This document shows, piece by piece, positions 1 through 9,754 of a stretch of 64,000 bases of DNA. Origin of the DNA: a virus. Its lineage: Duplodnaviria; Caudoviricetes. Under the pieces are notes generated by a model. That model was not told where the DNA came from and ran no database searches. It saw only the letters and a list, made by a program, of their open reading frames with translations. A program made the translations under genes and the position numbers. Positions within the stretch are counted from its first letter, which is position 1, and each line of letters begins with the position of its first letter. The stretch spans positions 64,001-128,000 of IMG/VR virus record IMGVR_UViG_3300031998_000008; one strand, written 5' to 3'.

Positions 1-276
1 ATTTGATGTTTCAACATTATCATTTTGATGATATAATCTACCAATAAAATCAGAATAAATTATTGGTTTTTCAAGTTTACCATCTTCAGAATATACATAA
101 GCATTTGTTGTCTTGATATTCGATTTATCAACCCTAAGAACATTACCTCCTTCAAAGTTGTTTGCCAAATTTGAACTTCTTAGGTCAAAACCATTAATAT
201 CAAAATGTGTAACTGTATATATACTAACACCTTTATCAATGCTTAATGATTGTGCATCTTGTACTAATTTTCCCAT
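1..276 (-). CDS. 5' part of a probable tail/baseplate protein, runs off window start
   Basis: Open frame MGKLVQDAQSLSIDKG... from ATG at 276 with no stop to base 1; follows tape measure gene; not in the ORF track. Confidence 0.6.
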   Translation of the reverse strand, partial: MGKLVQDAQSLSIDKGVSIYTVTHFDINGFDLRSSNLANNFEGGNVLRVDKSNIKTTNAYVYSEDGKLEKPIIYSDFIGRLYHQNDNVETSN

Positions 277-302
277 TTTAATTTTTATATCTGATTTTAT
301 TT

Positions 303-3179
303 TTACATTCTACCCATTGAGTTAACATCGGCTCTTCTTGTGCCATAGTTGTTATATCCTGTTTGCTCTATAATCTTATCAGTTAATTGTCTTACAAAGT
401 TTTGGTCTGAAAGCAATCCATCAGTTATGTCAACTTCCTGTCCATTTCCGCCAACCAATGTTATAGTTCCACTTATATTAATATCATATGCGCCTCTTCC
501 GTGATTATTTGTTCCTCCAAGTGGATTTGCCCTTTCAGCAACATTAACTGCTCTTCCAATTTCTGGAATTCCTGTAATTTTACCGATTTTTTCTGCACTT
601 CCTTTAATTAAAGAACCAGTCAATTCCATTGTTTTTTGAGTCATCTTTAATGGATTTAAGAAATCAAGACCTGAAAATCCACCACTTCCACCAAATTCAC
701 CATTAAAGTATGCATTTTTAACTGTGAATGTACCCTTTGCAATATTGGTTCCATTCTTTTCTTTTTCTTCCTTTTTCTTGTCAATAGCGGCCAAAATATC
801 CCAATCACCTTTCTTTTCGAGTTTTCTTCTCATTCTGTCTGAGATTTCACCGCTATCCAATGCCTTGTTGATGAGTTTATATGAACGAGCACCATAATCA
901 CCTTTTCTTTGGATACCCATTCTTTCAAGTTTTTCATCAACACGCATTTCACGTTTTACTTTTGCCATTTTAACAGCCCCAACAACAGCACCTCCAACAG
1001 CACCAACTGCTGTACCAATAGCAGTACCAATTCCTGGGAATGCACTACCAATCATAGCACCAAGTGCAGCACCTTCTAATGCAGTTGAGCCTATTTTCAT
1101 TGCTGTATGTGCGGTTCCACCTTTTTTGATTTTACCGCTATCAACTAACATGTCAGTTGCTATATTACCTGCTGCACCAACGATACCTGCAACACCACCT
1201 TTAGCAACACCTGCTGCCATCTTTGTACCTATCTTTGCTGCTGTTTTTGCTGCAATTCTCTTTCCTCCTTGTTTAGCAACACTAGACATACCATGCTTTA
1301 TTGCCTGTTTTTCAGCATGTCTTGAAACAGCACCACCTAATTTTGTATAACCTTTACTTGTTAATTTTGCCCCTATTTGGTCAACTCTTGTTATTGAACT
1401 TGCGCCAAATCTTCCTGCTTGCTGTCCTAATTGAGACTCACCAAATCTTGTTGCAAGTCTTCCACCGTATTTACTTCCACCACGTTTAACAGCAGTTTTT
1501 CCACCTTGTTCAGCACTACTGGTTAACAAGCTTTTACCACCATTAGACATACTATTTGCCGCATTAACACCTCTCCCTGTTAATCCACCACCACGGCTAA
1601 ACATACCTTTAATACCACGAACAGTATCAATAATTTGCATAGGTATGCTCATTAGCCCAAGAGCCATGCTCCCAATACTCTTTGCAAAACTACCTAATGC
1701 AATTATGGTTAATAACGTATTACTACGTCCAATTGCTTTATGTATGTCTTTTACTGTATCTCCAGTTCCACTTTTTTCAATAAGTCGTGCTTTATTTGCC
1801 TCATATTGCTTTTTAGTACCTTCTTCTACATCATAAAGACTTCTTAATGTTCTTGCAATATCTTTAATATCAGCTGCTTGGTCTTGTGTTTCTTTAATTA
1901 AATCCTTATAGTCTTTATTCTCTATTTCATCAAGAGTCTTAAATTGGCCATTTATAGAAATACCAGCCCTTCCTTCTTTATCAAATGTTGCTGAATTCTT
2001 AATTAATTCTTGTAAGTCTTTATTTAACCCACGTGCATTTGCTGATGAATTAATTTGTCTTGTAATTTCTTCACGTTTTTCATTTGCTGTAACACTCTCC
2101 ATTAATTGAGAGTAATCCATTCCCATTGCTTGTGCAGCAGCTTTAATACGTTGCTTGTTGAATGCAGAAACTTCAACTTCACCAGTTTGCTTATTGAATC
2201 TTCCAAGCCCACCAACCATCTTTATTACTCTGTCAGTTAAGCCTTCCATATCCATAAGGCCCTCTGATAACATTCCCAATGGGTCAGCAATAGAAGCAAA
2301 TTGTCCACCTAAAACTTGTAATTTTGATGCCACATCAATTGAGCCTTCAATTGTACTTACCTTATCAGCAAAAGATGCAACTTGAGCCATGTCAAGTTTT
2401 ATTGCTGTTGCTTTCTTTGCCATGCTTTCAAGGCCCTTTAACCCATTCTTAAATGTATAGTTTTGTGCTATCCTAATGTTTTTAGCAACATTATCTGAGT
2501 ATTTTTCAAATGATAATCCGTGCTTTGATGCTTCAGCAAACATTTTGCCTGCATGGTCGGCAGTGCCATTTAAACTAACACCAAAATTTTCAAATGCAAC
2601 AGCAAGTTCAGTACTTTTATCACCCATTACTGCTGTCATTGCAGCCAAACTTTCCTGTTGTGCGTTGTCAATTCTTAAACCTCTTCCAACACCTTGAACA
2701 TATTGTTGTTGGGCTTTTAAAAGTTCATCTGTTGAAATATTATAATTTATTCCAATTTTACCATTTACAACATTGTCTATTGTGTTTTTTCTAAGGCGCT
2801 TCATGCCTTCTTCTGTCATAGCCAATGTCTTAGCGTATTTAGATGCTGCTTCATCTGCCTTTGCCCATGGTTCTAACATATGGTTTAATTCACCATACAT
2901 TCCCTTTAGCGTATTTACTGTTTGGTTAAGAGCACCATTTATACCTTTAACAACTGCAAAAGCCTTACCAACCCCATTTGCAAATTTTCCCCATTTACCT
3001 GAAGCACCTGTAGAACTGCCACCACCAAATCCACTATCTCCGCCATCTCCCCCTGAATTATTTGATTGGTTGTTTCCACCAGAACTTGGCGTATTTTCTC
3101 CACCCATCAAATTAATAATTTTATCAAGTTGGTCGGCTACTTCGTTTTGGAATCCATTATAATCGTATCTATTTGCCAT
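303..3179 (-). CDS. tail tape measure protein
   Basis: 958 aa Ala/Lys/Gly-rich helical protein with Gly-rich hydrophobic segments (GAALGAMIGSAFPGIGTAIG); downstream of chaperone-like pair; late motif upstream. Confidence 0.75.
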   Translation of the reverse strand: MANRYDYNGFQNEVADQLDKIINLMGGENTPSSGGNNQSNNSGGDGGDSGFGGGSSTGASGKWGKFANGVGKAFAVVKGINGALNQTVNTLKGMYGELNHMLEPWAKADEAASKYAKTLAMTEEGMKRLRKNTIDNVVNGKIGINYNISTDELLKAQQQYVQGVGRGLRIDNAQQESLAAMTAVMGDKSTELAVAFENFGVSLNGTADHAGKMFAEASKHGLSFEKYSDNVAKNIRIAQNYTFKNGLKGLESMAKKATAIKLDMAQVASFADKVSTIEGSIDVASKLQVLGGQFASIADPLGMLSEGLMDMEGLTDRVIKMVGGLGRFNKQTGEVEVSAFNKQRIKAAAQAMGMDYSQLMESVTANEKREEITRQINSSANARGLNKDLQELIKNSATFDKEGRAGISINGQFKTLDEIENKDYKDLIKETQDQAADIKDIARTLRSLYDVEEGTKKQYEANKARLIEKSGTGDTVKDIHKAIGRSNTLLTIIALGSFAKSIGSMALGLMSIPMQIIDTVRGIKGMFSRGGGLTGRGVNAANSMSNGGKSLLTSSAEQGGKTAVKRGGSKYGGRLATRFGESQLGQQAGRFGASSITRVDQIGAKLTSKGYTKLGGAVSRHAEKQAIKHGMSSVAKQGGKRIAAKTAAKIGTKMAAGVAKGGVAGIVGAAGNIATDMLVDSGKIKKGGTAHTAMKIGSTALEGAALGAMIGSAFPGIGTAIGTAVGAVGGAVVGAVKMAKVKREMRVDEKLERMGIQRKGDYGARSYKLINKALDSGEISDRMRRKLEKKGDWDILAAIDKKKEEKEKNGTNIAKGTFTVKNAYFNGEFGGSGGFSGLDFLNPLKMTQKTMELTGSLIKGSAEKIGKITGIPEIGRAVNVAERANPLGGTNNHGRGAYDINISGTITLVGGNGQEVDITDGLLSDQNFVRQLTDKIIEQTGYNNYGTRRADVNSMGRM

Positions 3180-3208
3180 TTAATAATCAATTTTATAATA
3201 TTTCAAAT

Positions 3209-3216
3209 ATAAATAG
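3209..3216 (-). promoter_or_regulatory. putative late promoter CTATTTAT
   Basis: Recurrent octamer upstream of tape measure gene. Confidence 0.7.
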
Positions 3217-3238
3217 GTGATATTTAATTTATATAGAC

Positions 3239-3266
3239 AAAAAAAGCGGCATAATTACCGCTTTTT
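3239..3266 (-). terminator. intrinsic terminator
   Basis: A-tract GCGG-N8-CCGC T-tract. Confidence 0.55.
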
Positions 3267-3528
3267 GTTATTATTATTTGATTGTTCAAGTTTTGCAAAA
3301 GCATTAAGTTGTTCGCCCTCATATGTTCTAACATTACTACCATTTCCTTCATCCATTTCTTTGCTTATTGCATCTTGTTCAAGATTATGCTTATGGATTA
3401 GTGTACGTCTATCTTGTATTGGTAATCTCATAATCATATCCCATGACATTCCTATATGCTTGAAACACCCCCATTCTTCATCAAGAAGATTTTTAGCATA
3501 TTCATTCGGGGAGATTAAGAAATAGAAA
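3255..3528 (-). CDS. T4 gp51-like tail/baseplate assembly segment, probably translated by +1 frameshift from the upstream gene
   Basis: EYAKNLLDEEWGCFKHIGMSWDMIMRLPIQDRR resembles gp51/G-T chaperone C-termini; overlaps upstream ORF in +1 frame with no convincing start. Confidence 0.6.
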
Positions 3529-4797
3529 TTGGTCAAGTTGCAGAAAGGTAGTGAATGAGCCACCTCCAAGACTCTCAGGTCTTTCAACTGTGATATTGTA
3601 ATCAATACCAGGCTCATTCTTTTGCATATATTTTCTTAACGCTGAAGAATCTCTTACATTCATCTTCATAATGAAATCAGAAATGTAATTTTTATCAGTA
3701 ATACCATCAACAGCCATGATAAGTAAATTTAATCTATTTGTTAAAACATGATTAAATTTCAATGCTTCTTCTTCATCCATACCATCGGCCCATTTTTCCA
3801 ATGTTCTTATTGCCTTACGGATGTTTACTTTATCATCGTTACTCACTTCCTTGTCTGATTCAATAAATGTATCAAGAGTATTTACATAATCTTTGATAGC
3901 ATGCATTTTAAGTTTTGAATCTTCAGCCTTACTCATGTTTTCCAAAAGAACGGTGTCACGATGTGTTGGGAATCTAAACTTAACAACTTTACCGCTAACA
4001 GGAAGTTTAAACTCAAACCATCCATTTGAATCACCCTTTAGGTCAAATTCCTTATATTTAAGTTTTGACAAATCAACAATTGTATCGAATTCTTTTCCTG
4101 TTTGTTCGTCTGTTGCTGTAATTGGGTATTCATTACCATATCCACTTGCTCTAAGGAACAAAATGATAGCCTCTCTATCACCCTCAAGCAAATCCATTGG
4201 GTCAATTTCTTGGCTCAAAAGTTTTTCTTGAAGAATATAATCAAGAATCAAATTATCACGATAAAGGTTTGGTGAAACAATCATGTTTTCATCATATGCT
4301 GTCAAATATGCGACTGAAGCCTTTGAAATTTTATCCTTATATCCTTCACCCTTTGATGGCAACGGAATAACATCAAATGCAGCCTCAGGATTATAATTAC
4401 CCTTTTGAGGAATATACTCTTGTTCAAGTTTTTCTGATGTTGCATTTATTGCTGTATCAAGTTTTTTCTTTCTATCCTCTTCCATCTTATTCATCATATT
4501 GATGACATTTGAATTATCAATAGCATTAGTTTCTTTTTTCTTTGGTTGTGATTTTGATTTTAAATCTTCAGGATTTCCGCCGGCTTGAATGTATGCATTG
4601 ATAATATCTTGCTGTGAATCTGTAATCAAATCCAATTCCTTTTCAATATCTTCCTTTGTGTACTTCTTAGTTCCATCTTTATTGATGGCCTCTCTCATCC
4701 TTTTTTCTGTTGACTTCTTTGTGTTTTCATACATTTCAAAAGAAGTTCTCAACTGTTTAAGAACTTTTTCTTGTGTATATTCTACTGTATCTGCCAT
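3502..4797 (-). CDS. T4 gp26-like baseplate hub/tail assembly chaperone with N-terminal extension
   Basis: IPLPSKG..Y, YLTAYDENMI, LLEGDREAIILFLRASGYG, VKFRFPT motifs; upstream of tape measure; ATG 4797 preferred to TTG 4830. Confidence 0.65.
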   Translation of the reverse strand: MADTVEYTQEKVLKQLRTSFEMYENTKKSTEKRMREAINKDGTKKYTKEDIEKELDLITDSQQDIINAYIQAGGNPEDLKSKSQPKKKETNAIDNSNVINMMNKMEEDRKKKLDTAINATSEKLEQEYIPQKGNYNPEAAFDVIPLPSKGEGYKDKISKASVAYLTAYDENMIVSPNLYRDNLILDYILQEKLLSQEIDPMDLLEGDREAIILFLRASGYGNEYPITATDEQTGKEFDTIVDLSKLKYKEFDLKGDSNGWFEFKLPVSGKVVKFRFPTHRDTVLLENMSKAEDSKLKMHAIKDYVNTLDTFIESDKEVSNDDKVNIRKAIRTLEKWADGMDEEEALKFNHVLTNRLNLLIMAVDGITDKNYISDFIMKMNVRDSSALRKYMQKNEPGIDYNITVERPESLGGGSFTTFLQLDQFLFLNLPE

Positions 4798-4801
4798 ATT
4801 T

Positions 4802-5317
4802 TTAATGTCTTTTCTTTTTATTTTCGTCAATTATCATTTTCTGTGTTTTATCAATTATCCAATCAAGCAATGTCTGCATAACCTTTGTCGGATTGGTTCT
4901 TATATCATGCTCCCATATCCTAAGCAACGGTATTGAGTGTAAAGCGGCCCATCTGTCTTTAATTTCATCTACACGATGATTTTTTTTCTGCATTGGGTTC
5001 ATTTCCTCATAAACTTTTCCATATCCATGATAAAAGTCACCATCAACTTCAATTAGTATTCTTTGTTTAGGAAGGTAAAAGTCATAATATCTTTTTATAT
5101 CACTTGCCAAATATTGATATTGATATTCTATTCCAAGTTTATCAAGAAATTCTTTAGCAAATTTTTCTTCCAGCTTCGAGGTTCCATATTCCTGATGCTT
5201 CTTTTTGCTCCTTTCAGCAGCCTTTCTTATAACCTCTCTCTTCGTTGGCTTTACTTTCGGCTTTCTTTTTTTCTTCTTTGGAACCGATACTTTATTCTTT
5301 ACAGGTTGAGATGTCAT
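4802..5317 (-). CDS. DUF559/Vsr-like PD-(D/E)xK endonuclease
   Basis: YDFYLP, LIEVDGDFYHG, LLRIWEHDI motifs; basic N-terminus. Confidence 0.75.
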   Translation of the reverse strand: MTSQPVKNKVSVPKKKKRKPKVKPTKREVIRKAAERSKKKHQEYGTSKLEEKFAKEFLDKLGIEYQYQYLASDIKRYYDFYLPKQRILIEVDGDFYHGYGKVYEEMNPMQKKNHRVDEIKDRWAALHSIPLLRIWEHDIRTNPTKVMQTLLDWIIDKTQKMIIDENKKKRH

Positions 5318-5792
5318 GCTTACTACACTCCAATATTATCTTTACTGTTATATCTTTAACTTCATTTGTTAAAGGCTCTTTTTGAACGCCATCTAACTTT
5401 TCAATAGTATATGAATCCGTTCTTATTGCAAATCCTTCATTATTTAAATACTTAATAACAAAATTTTTATCAGTTATAACATCGAAATTAGTTTGAAAAT
5501 ATTTTTCAACACAAAACTCTTGCGATTCAAAAAATGTAATTGCAATTTTACGTTCTGATATAAACTCGATGCCTTTAAATAGTTCAGTTGGAATATCCAT
5601 AAATTCATAAATAACCAATGAAGATTTTAATCTTGTATAATTTTTTCCACCAAACATTGCACGTTTCATTTGAATTTTCTCAAACTCATTATACTCTTTT
5701 GGCGCAGGATACCCTAAAAATTCATGTTCAAATGAATGTGGGTTATAATGCCTTTTAATTGATTCAGGTATATCAAATACGTTATCACTCAT
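5292..5792 (-). CDS. hypothetical protein, possibly divergent tail-tube-fold paralogue
   Basis: 166 aa ORF; weak resemblance of C-half to the tube protein. Confidence 0.45.
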   Translation of the reverse strand: MSDNVFDIPESIKRHYNPHSFEHEFLGYPAPKEYNEFEKIQMKRAMFGGKNYTRLKSSLVIYEFMDIPTELFKGIEFISERKIAITFFESQEFCVEKYFQTNFDVITDKNFVIKYLNNEGFAIRTDSYTIEKLDGVQKEPLTNEVKDITVKIILECSKHDISTCKE

Positions 5793-6129
5793 AATCTATA
5801 TTGTTTTTGTTATATTTTTTATTGAAAAAATAATTTTCTTTAAGAGCATCAATATTTTTTTGCATTTTTTCACAAGTTTCCGTGAAATTAACAAGTTCTT
5901 CATGTGGTAATTCAAACCATTCACCCAATTGCCTATCCGCAAAATATTTAGTATGCAGCATTTTTTCCATGACAAACGGGTGACTTGTCTGATAACTATT
6001 TATAAGATATATCTCACCTGAGTTACCTGTTTGAAGTTTCTTTATCCTGTTTTCAACTTTACCTTTGGTAACTCCAATTTTATACATTCCTTCTTTACCA
6101 CTATCACCAAGCAAATATACTGTGCCCAC
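5785..6129 (-). CDS. GIY-YIG family (T5orf172/MUG113-like) protein
   Basis: GTVYL..MYKIGVT..RIKKLQTGN..EKMLH..GEWF. Confidence 0.8.
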   Translation of the reverse strand: MGTVYLLGDSGKEGMYKIGVTKGKVENRIKKLQTGNSGEIYLINSYQTSHPFVMEKMLHTKYFADRQLGEWFELPHEELVNFTETCEKMQKNIDALKENYFFNKKYNKNNIDYE

Positions 6130-6188
6130 TATTTTTTATTAAATATATAAGATATTGATATGTTAGTCAATAAAAATTAAAATTACCA

Positions 6189-6196
6189 CTATTTAT
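6189..6196 (+). promoter_or_regulatory. putative late promoter CTATTTAT
   Basis: Octamer upstream of 6219/tail tube operon. Confidence 0.7.
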
Positions 6197-6218
6197 AAAT
6201 GAAAATATTAATATTGAT

Positions 6219-6626
6219 ATGAAGAAAACTACAATAAACGAGAATATCAACAGCATGAAGAAAATGTCTTCAAAAATGCCTAAAACTATCAATGAAGCAA
6301 TTAACTTCAATGAAGATGGTATGAAAGACCAAGAAACTGAAATGATGGATGATGAAATGTTAGACGAACCTGAACAACACGAAGAACCACAAGAAAGTGG
6401 AATGGATGTTATGGCATTCGTTGACGATATTAGAAAGAAATCATTAAAGGGCATGGCTCAACTTGCAGATAATCCTGACGATGAAAGGTATCAATTATTG
6501 AAGAAGATTTGGCAAATATGCGATAAAAAACCTGAACAACAAACAGCATTCAGTAATCCTAACAATCAACAAGGAACAATGCAAGGCAATCCACAACAAA
6601 TGAATGGTGGAAGCCAAAGAATATAA
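6219..6626 (+). CDS. hypothetical acidic/Gln-rich late protein, possible head protein
   Basis: 135 aa; repeated INE sites; late motif upstream. Confidence 0.6.
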   Translation: MKKTTINENINSMKKMSSKMPKTINEAINFNEDGMKDQETEMMDDEMLDEPEQHEEPQESGMDVMAFVDDIRKKSLKGMAQLADNPDDERYQLLKKIWQICDKKPEQQTAFSNPNNQQGTMQGNPQQMNGGSQRI

Positions 6627-6655
6627 AATAAAATAAAAGAAAAAAACATACTAAA

Positions 6656-7144
6656 ATGAGTGACTTACTACTTAAAGTGCCTAATGTATATGAACCATTA
6701 AGGAAAAATAGATTTATATTCAGGTTCCCATCAGATTTAGGCATTCAAGAATGGACTGTAGAATCAGGAAAAAGACCTTCAATAAACCAAAATGCAACAA
6801 AGATTGACTTTTTGAATACATCAACTTGGGTTCTTGGCCGTTATGAATGGCAGGAAATGCAATTGACTTTCAGAGACCTTATTGGACCATCAACTGCACA
6901 AGCAATACAAGAATGGGTTAGACTTGGTTCAGAATCAATCACTGGTAGACAAGGTTATGCCGCAGGTTATAAGAGAGATGTTGAACTTGAAATGCTTGAC
7001 CCAACAGGTGCTGTAGCTCAAAAATGGATTCTTAAAGGCGTTTTCTTGACAAACGTTGATTACGGGGACCTTAACTATGGACAAGATGAGTTGGCAACAA
7101 TCACAGCAACTTTGAGACCTGACTACTGCATTTTATGCTATTAA
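6656..7144 (+). CDS. gp19: tail tube protein (T4 gp19-like)
   Basis: EPLRKNRF, W..M.LTFRD, YKRDVELEMLDPTG..KW.LKG.F.T.VDYGDL.Y motifs. Confidence 0.9.
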   Translation: MSDLLLKVPNVYEPLRKNRFIFRFPSDLGIQEWTVESGKRPSINQNATKIDFLNTSTWVLGRYEWQEMQLTFRDLIGPSTAQAIQEWVRLGSESITGRQGYAAGYKRDVELEMLDPTGAVAQKWILKGVFLTNVDYGDLNYGQDELATITATLRPDYCILCY

Positions 7145-7168
7145 TCATTTAATGCAGAAACAAAATAT

Positions 7169-7202
7169 AAAAGGCTGAATGTTAAGTTCAGCCTTTTTTT
7201 TT
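7169..7202. terminator. bidirectional intrinsic terminator
   Basis: AAAAGGCTGAA-loop-TTCAGCCTTTTTTT between convergent genes. Confidence 0.8.
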
Positions 7203-7998
7203 ACAATGTTTTTATTATGCCTATTGTTTGCCGCAATAGATTTGTTTCGTTTTCCAATCTGTATTTGTAATTCAAATCATAACTATATTCATTACCATCT
7301 CCACACATATCCCATGGAATCCTAAAGTTTATTGCCAATATGTTATTCCACTCATAAGCGCTTCCCTTTCTATAATTTTGGCTTTCAAATAAGGATAATT
7401 GCAACTCTATTGGTATAATCATATATGGCATTTGGCTTTTAAACAAGCATATACCCATTAGCAAATCCTCAGGAACGCCATGCCACATATATTTTGATGT
7501 TATTTGCTCACCGAATAAAAATTTATCAAATGGCGCATATTTATCATGTGCTTCTTTAAAATAGCAATAAATTCTCAAGAAAACATCAAAACTCATTAAC
7601 TTGAAATTACCATTTGGATAATTAAATATGCATGGATGTATAACATTTATTAAGCAAAAATATCCGCTATTAAATAAATTAATGTTATCCCATAACCATT
7701 TAATGTTTACGAGTGTTGAGTTATTTACAAACAGGATATAATCATACTTCTTATTGAACACTATATAATCCATTAGTTGGTAATATTTCCTATACACATT
7801 CCAATCTTCACATGCGCAATATATTGTATCGCCATCTTCATATACATAAGATGATTTCTCATCACTTGTAAAAGAATACAAATCAACATCCAGATTGTTC
7901 TCAAAAATAACACCATGGTAAAATTCCTTTAATACCTCAGTGTTATTCTTAAACAATTCTTGATTTGATGATTGTATGAAAATTCCTATTTTTCTCAT
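7201..7998 (-). CDS. putative glycosyltransferase (GT-A, GT31/Fringe-like)
   Basis: KYDYILFVNNSTLVN and PEDLLMGICL resemble GT31 motifs; DxD replaced by NNS. Confidence 0.5.
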   Translation of the reverse strand: MRKIGIFIQSSNQELFKNNTEVLKEFYHGVIFENNLDVDLYSFTSDEKSSYVYEDGDTIYCACEDWNVYRKYYQLMDYIVFNKKYDYILFVNNSTLVNIKWLWDNINLFNSGYFCLINVIHPCIFNYPNGNFKLMSFDVFLRIYCYFKEAHDKYAPFDKFLFGEQITSKYMWHGVPEDLLMGICLFKSQMPYMIIPIELQLSLFESQNYRKGSAYEWNNILAINFRIPWDMCGDGNEYSYDLNYKYRLENETNLLRQTIGIIKTL

Positions 7999-8008
7999 AA
8001 ATTAAAAG

Positions 8009-8788
8009 TTATAAAATCCATTCAGTCGGGTCCTTTTTTGTTCTTGACCACGGCTTTTTATCTAATTCTTCGTAAGGCTTTTGTACAAACTTACAATGCT
8101 TGCATATATTCGGTATTGCATTGTTAAAGAAATTGTCGAACTCTTCACCGTTACATTTTTTTAAATCTATGAAAGCATCTTCCTTACCAAAATTAAAATT
8201 AGCAATTCTTTTTAAATTGTCAATAAATGCCGCATAATGACATATGTAAAGTTTTCCGTCTATAAATTGAACACACTTGAACCTTTTTTCACAATTCAAA
8301 ATCAAATCAGTATTTGTGTTTGTTTCTTCGTATGATAAATGCTCACTTATGAATCCATGCTCATGCCTGAACGTATAGAAAGTTGCATTTGTAAATTCTT
8401 CTTTCAGTTTATCATAGTGTTCTCTATAATTTTTAATAAACGGATATTCTGTTATAACTAACTCTATCGCCAAATCAAGGTTTCTTTCTCTTAATTCATA
8501 TAAACAGCCCGTAATTGTCCCATTTGTTATCAATTTAACTCTACCAGGAAAATACTGCAAAGATAATTCAATTATTGGTAACAAATCAGGATTCAAACAA
8601 GCCTCACCACCAAGTATTGTGATTTTATCAAATTTATCATCAAAATTTTTAAGTAATTCAAAGTCATCTTTAGCCTTTGACAAAGTAATCATGTTTGGAT
8701 TTTCTGCCAATGGTGAATAATGATTGCAAGATGAACAATTCAAATTACATGTATCACATATATGATAATCAATATTATTTAACTTCAT
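8009..8788 (-). CDS. radical SAM protein with C-terminal Cys cluster
   Basis: CNLNCSSC, GGE, TNG motifs; C-terminal DGKLYIC...CKHC. Confidence 0.85.
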   Translation of the reverse strand: MKLNNIDYHICDTCNLNCSSCNHYSPLAENPNMITLSKAKDDFELLKNFDDKFDKITILGGEACLNPDLLPIIELSLQYFPGRVKLITNGTITGCLYELRERNLDLAIELVITEYPFIKNYREHYDKLKEEFTNATFYTFRHEHGFISEHLSYEETNTNTDLILNCEKRFKCVQFIDGKLYICHYAAFIDNLKRIANFNFGKEDAFIDLKKCNGEEFDNFFNNAIPNICKHCKFVQKPYEELDKKPWSRTKKDPTEWIL

Positions 8789-9750
8789 TACTTTTTACTA
8801 AATTCACTTATAACCCCATCATTCCTCATGCATTCAAAAAGAGAATCAATCCAATGTGGGATTTTTATACCAAATTCATTCTCAACTTTTGTTTTGTCAA
8901 GAACGCTATATTGCGGCCTTTTTGCTTTTGTTTTATACTTACTGCTTTGTGTCTGATTTATATATTTTTTTGTGTAATTTGTAAATTCAAATTTAATTTC
9001 AATTGGGTCCTTTCTCATTGGTTCATATGGCCCGAAATGTGAATAAAACATTTCAATTGCAGAAGCAAAGTCATACCAAGATGCCATTCCTTTATCAGTA
9101 TAATTGTATAGACCGTTTTTTTCAAGGATTTTCCTGTTTTTAATTAATTCATAAACAATGAAAAATGCCAAATCTTTTGCATATGTTGGTGTTCCTAACT
9201 GGTCACAAATAACATTTGTATCACGTTCAGACCTTATTCTTTCAAGCATTGTTTTATAGAAATTTTTCCCATATTCTGAGTATAGCCATGATGTTCTAAT
9301 AACAAGGCCCTTTTTATATTCCAAAGGATATACTTCACCAAGCATTTTAGTAATACCATACTGATTCAATGGGTGCATTTTGTCATCTTCAGAATACGGT
9401 GTTTTCTTTCTTCCGTCAAAAACATAATCTGTTGAAATATGTATTATATATGACCCAAATTCTTTACACGCTTTTACCAAGTTCTGTACACCCTCCACAT
9501 TTACAGAATAAGCGGCCCAATAATCATCTTCAGCATCATCAACCTTTGTATATGCTGCACAATTAATAACAACATCAGGTTTAAATTCGCTAAAATACTC
9601 ATAAACCCTTGTTTCGTTTATAATATTAAGTTCTTCACTTGTTGTAAAACGATAAATATTTTCTCCATCAAACAATTTAACAATATCTTTAATACATAAT
9701 GCTAATTGCCCGTTTCCACCTGTAACTAAAATGTTCATACCTTTTTTCAT
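8788..9750 (-). CDS. rfbD: dTDP-4-dehydrorhamnose reductase
   Basis: GGNGQL, NCAAYT.VD.AE, ISTDYVFDG, YG.TK, DQ.G.PT, RP.YS.LD motifs. Confidence 0.93.
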   Translation of the reverse strand: MKKGMNILVTGGNGQLALCIKDIVKLFDGENIYRFTTSEELNIINETRVYEYFSEFKPDVVINCAAYTKVDDAEDDYWAAYSVNVEGVQNLVKACKEFGSYIIHISTDYVFDGRKKTPYSEDDKMHPLNQYGITKMLGEVYPLEYKKGLVIRTSWLYSEYGKNFYKTMLERIRSERDTNVICDQLGTPTYAKDLAFFIVYELIKNRKILEKNGLYNYTDKGMASWYDFASAIEMFYSHFGPYEPMRKDPIEIKFEFTNYTKKYINQTQSSKYKTKAKRPQYSVLDKTKVENEFGIKIPHWIDSLFECMRNDGVISEFSKK

Positions 9751-9754
9751 AAAT

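Noticed and set aside
3529-3617. ATG 3617 as start of the 120-aa ORF
   Set aside because: The first ~30 codons overlap the upstream gene and look unselected; frameshift entry near 3505-3528 fits better.
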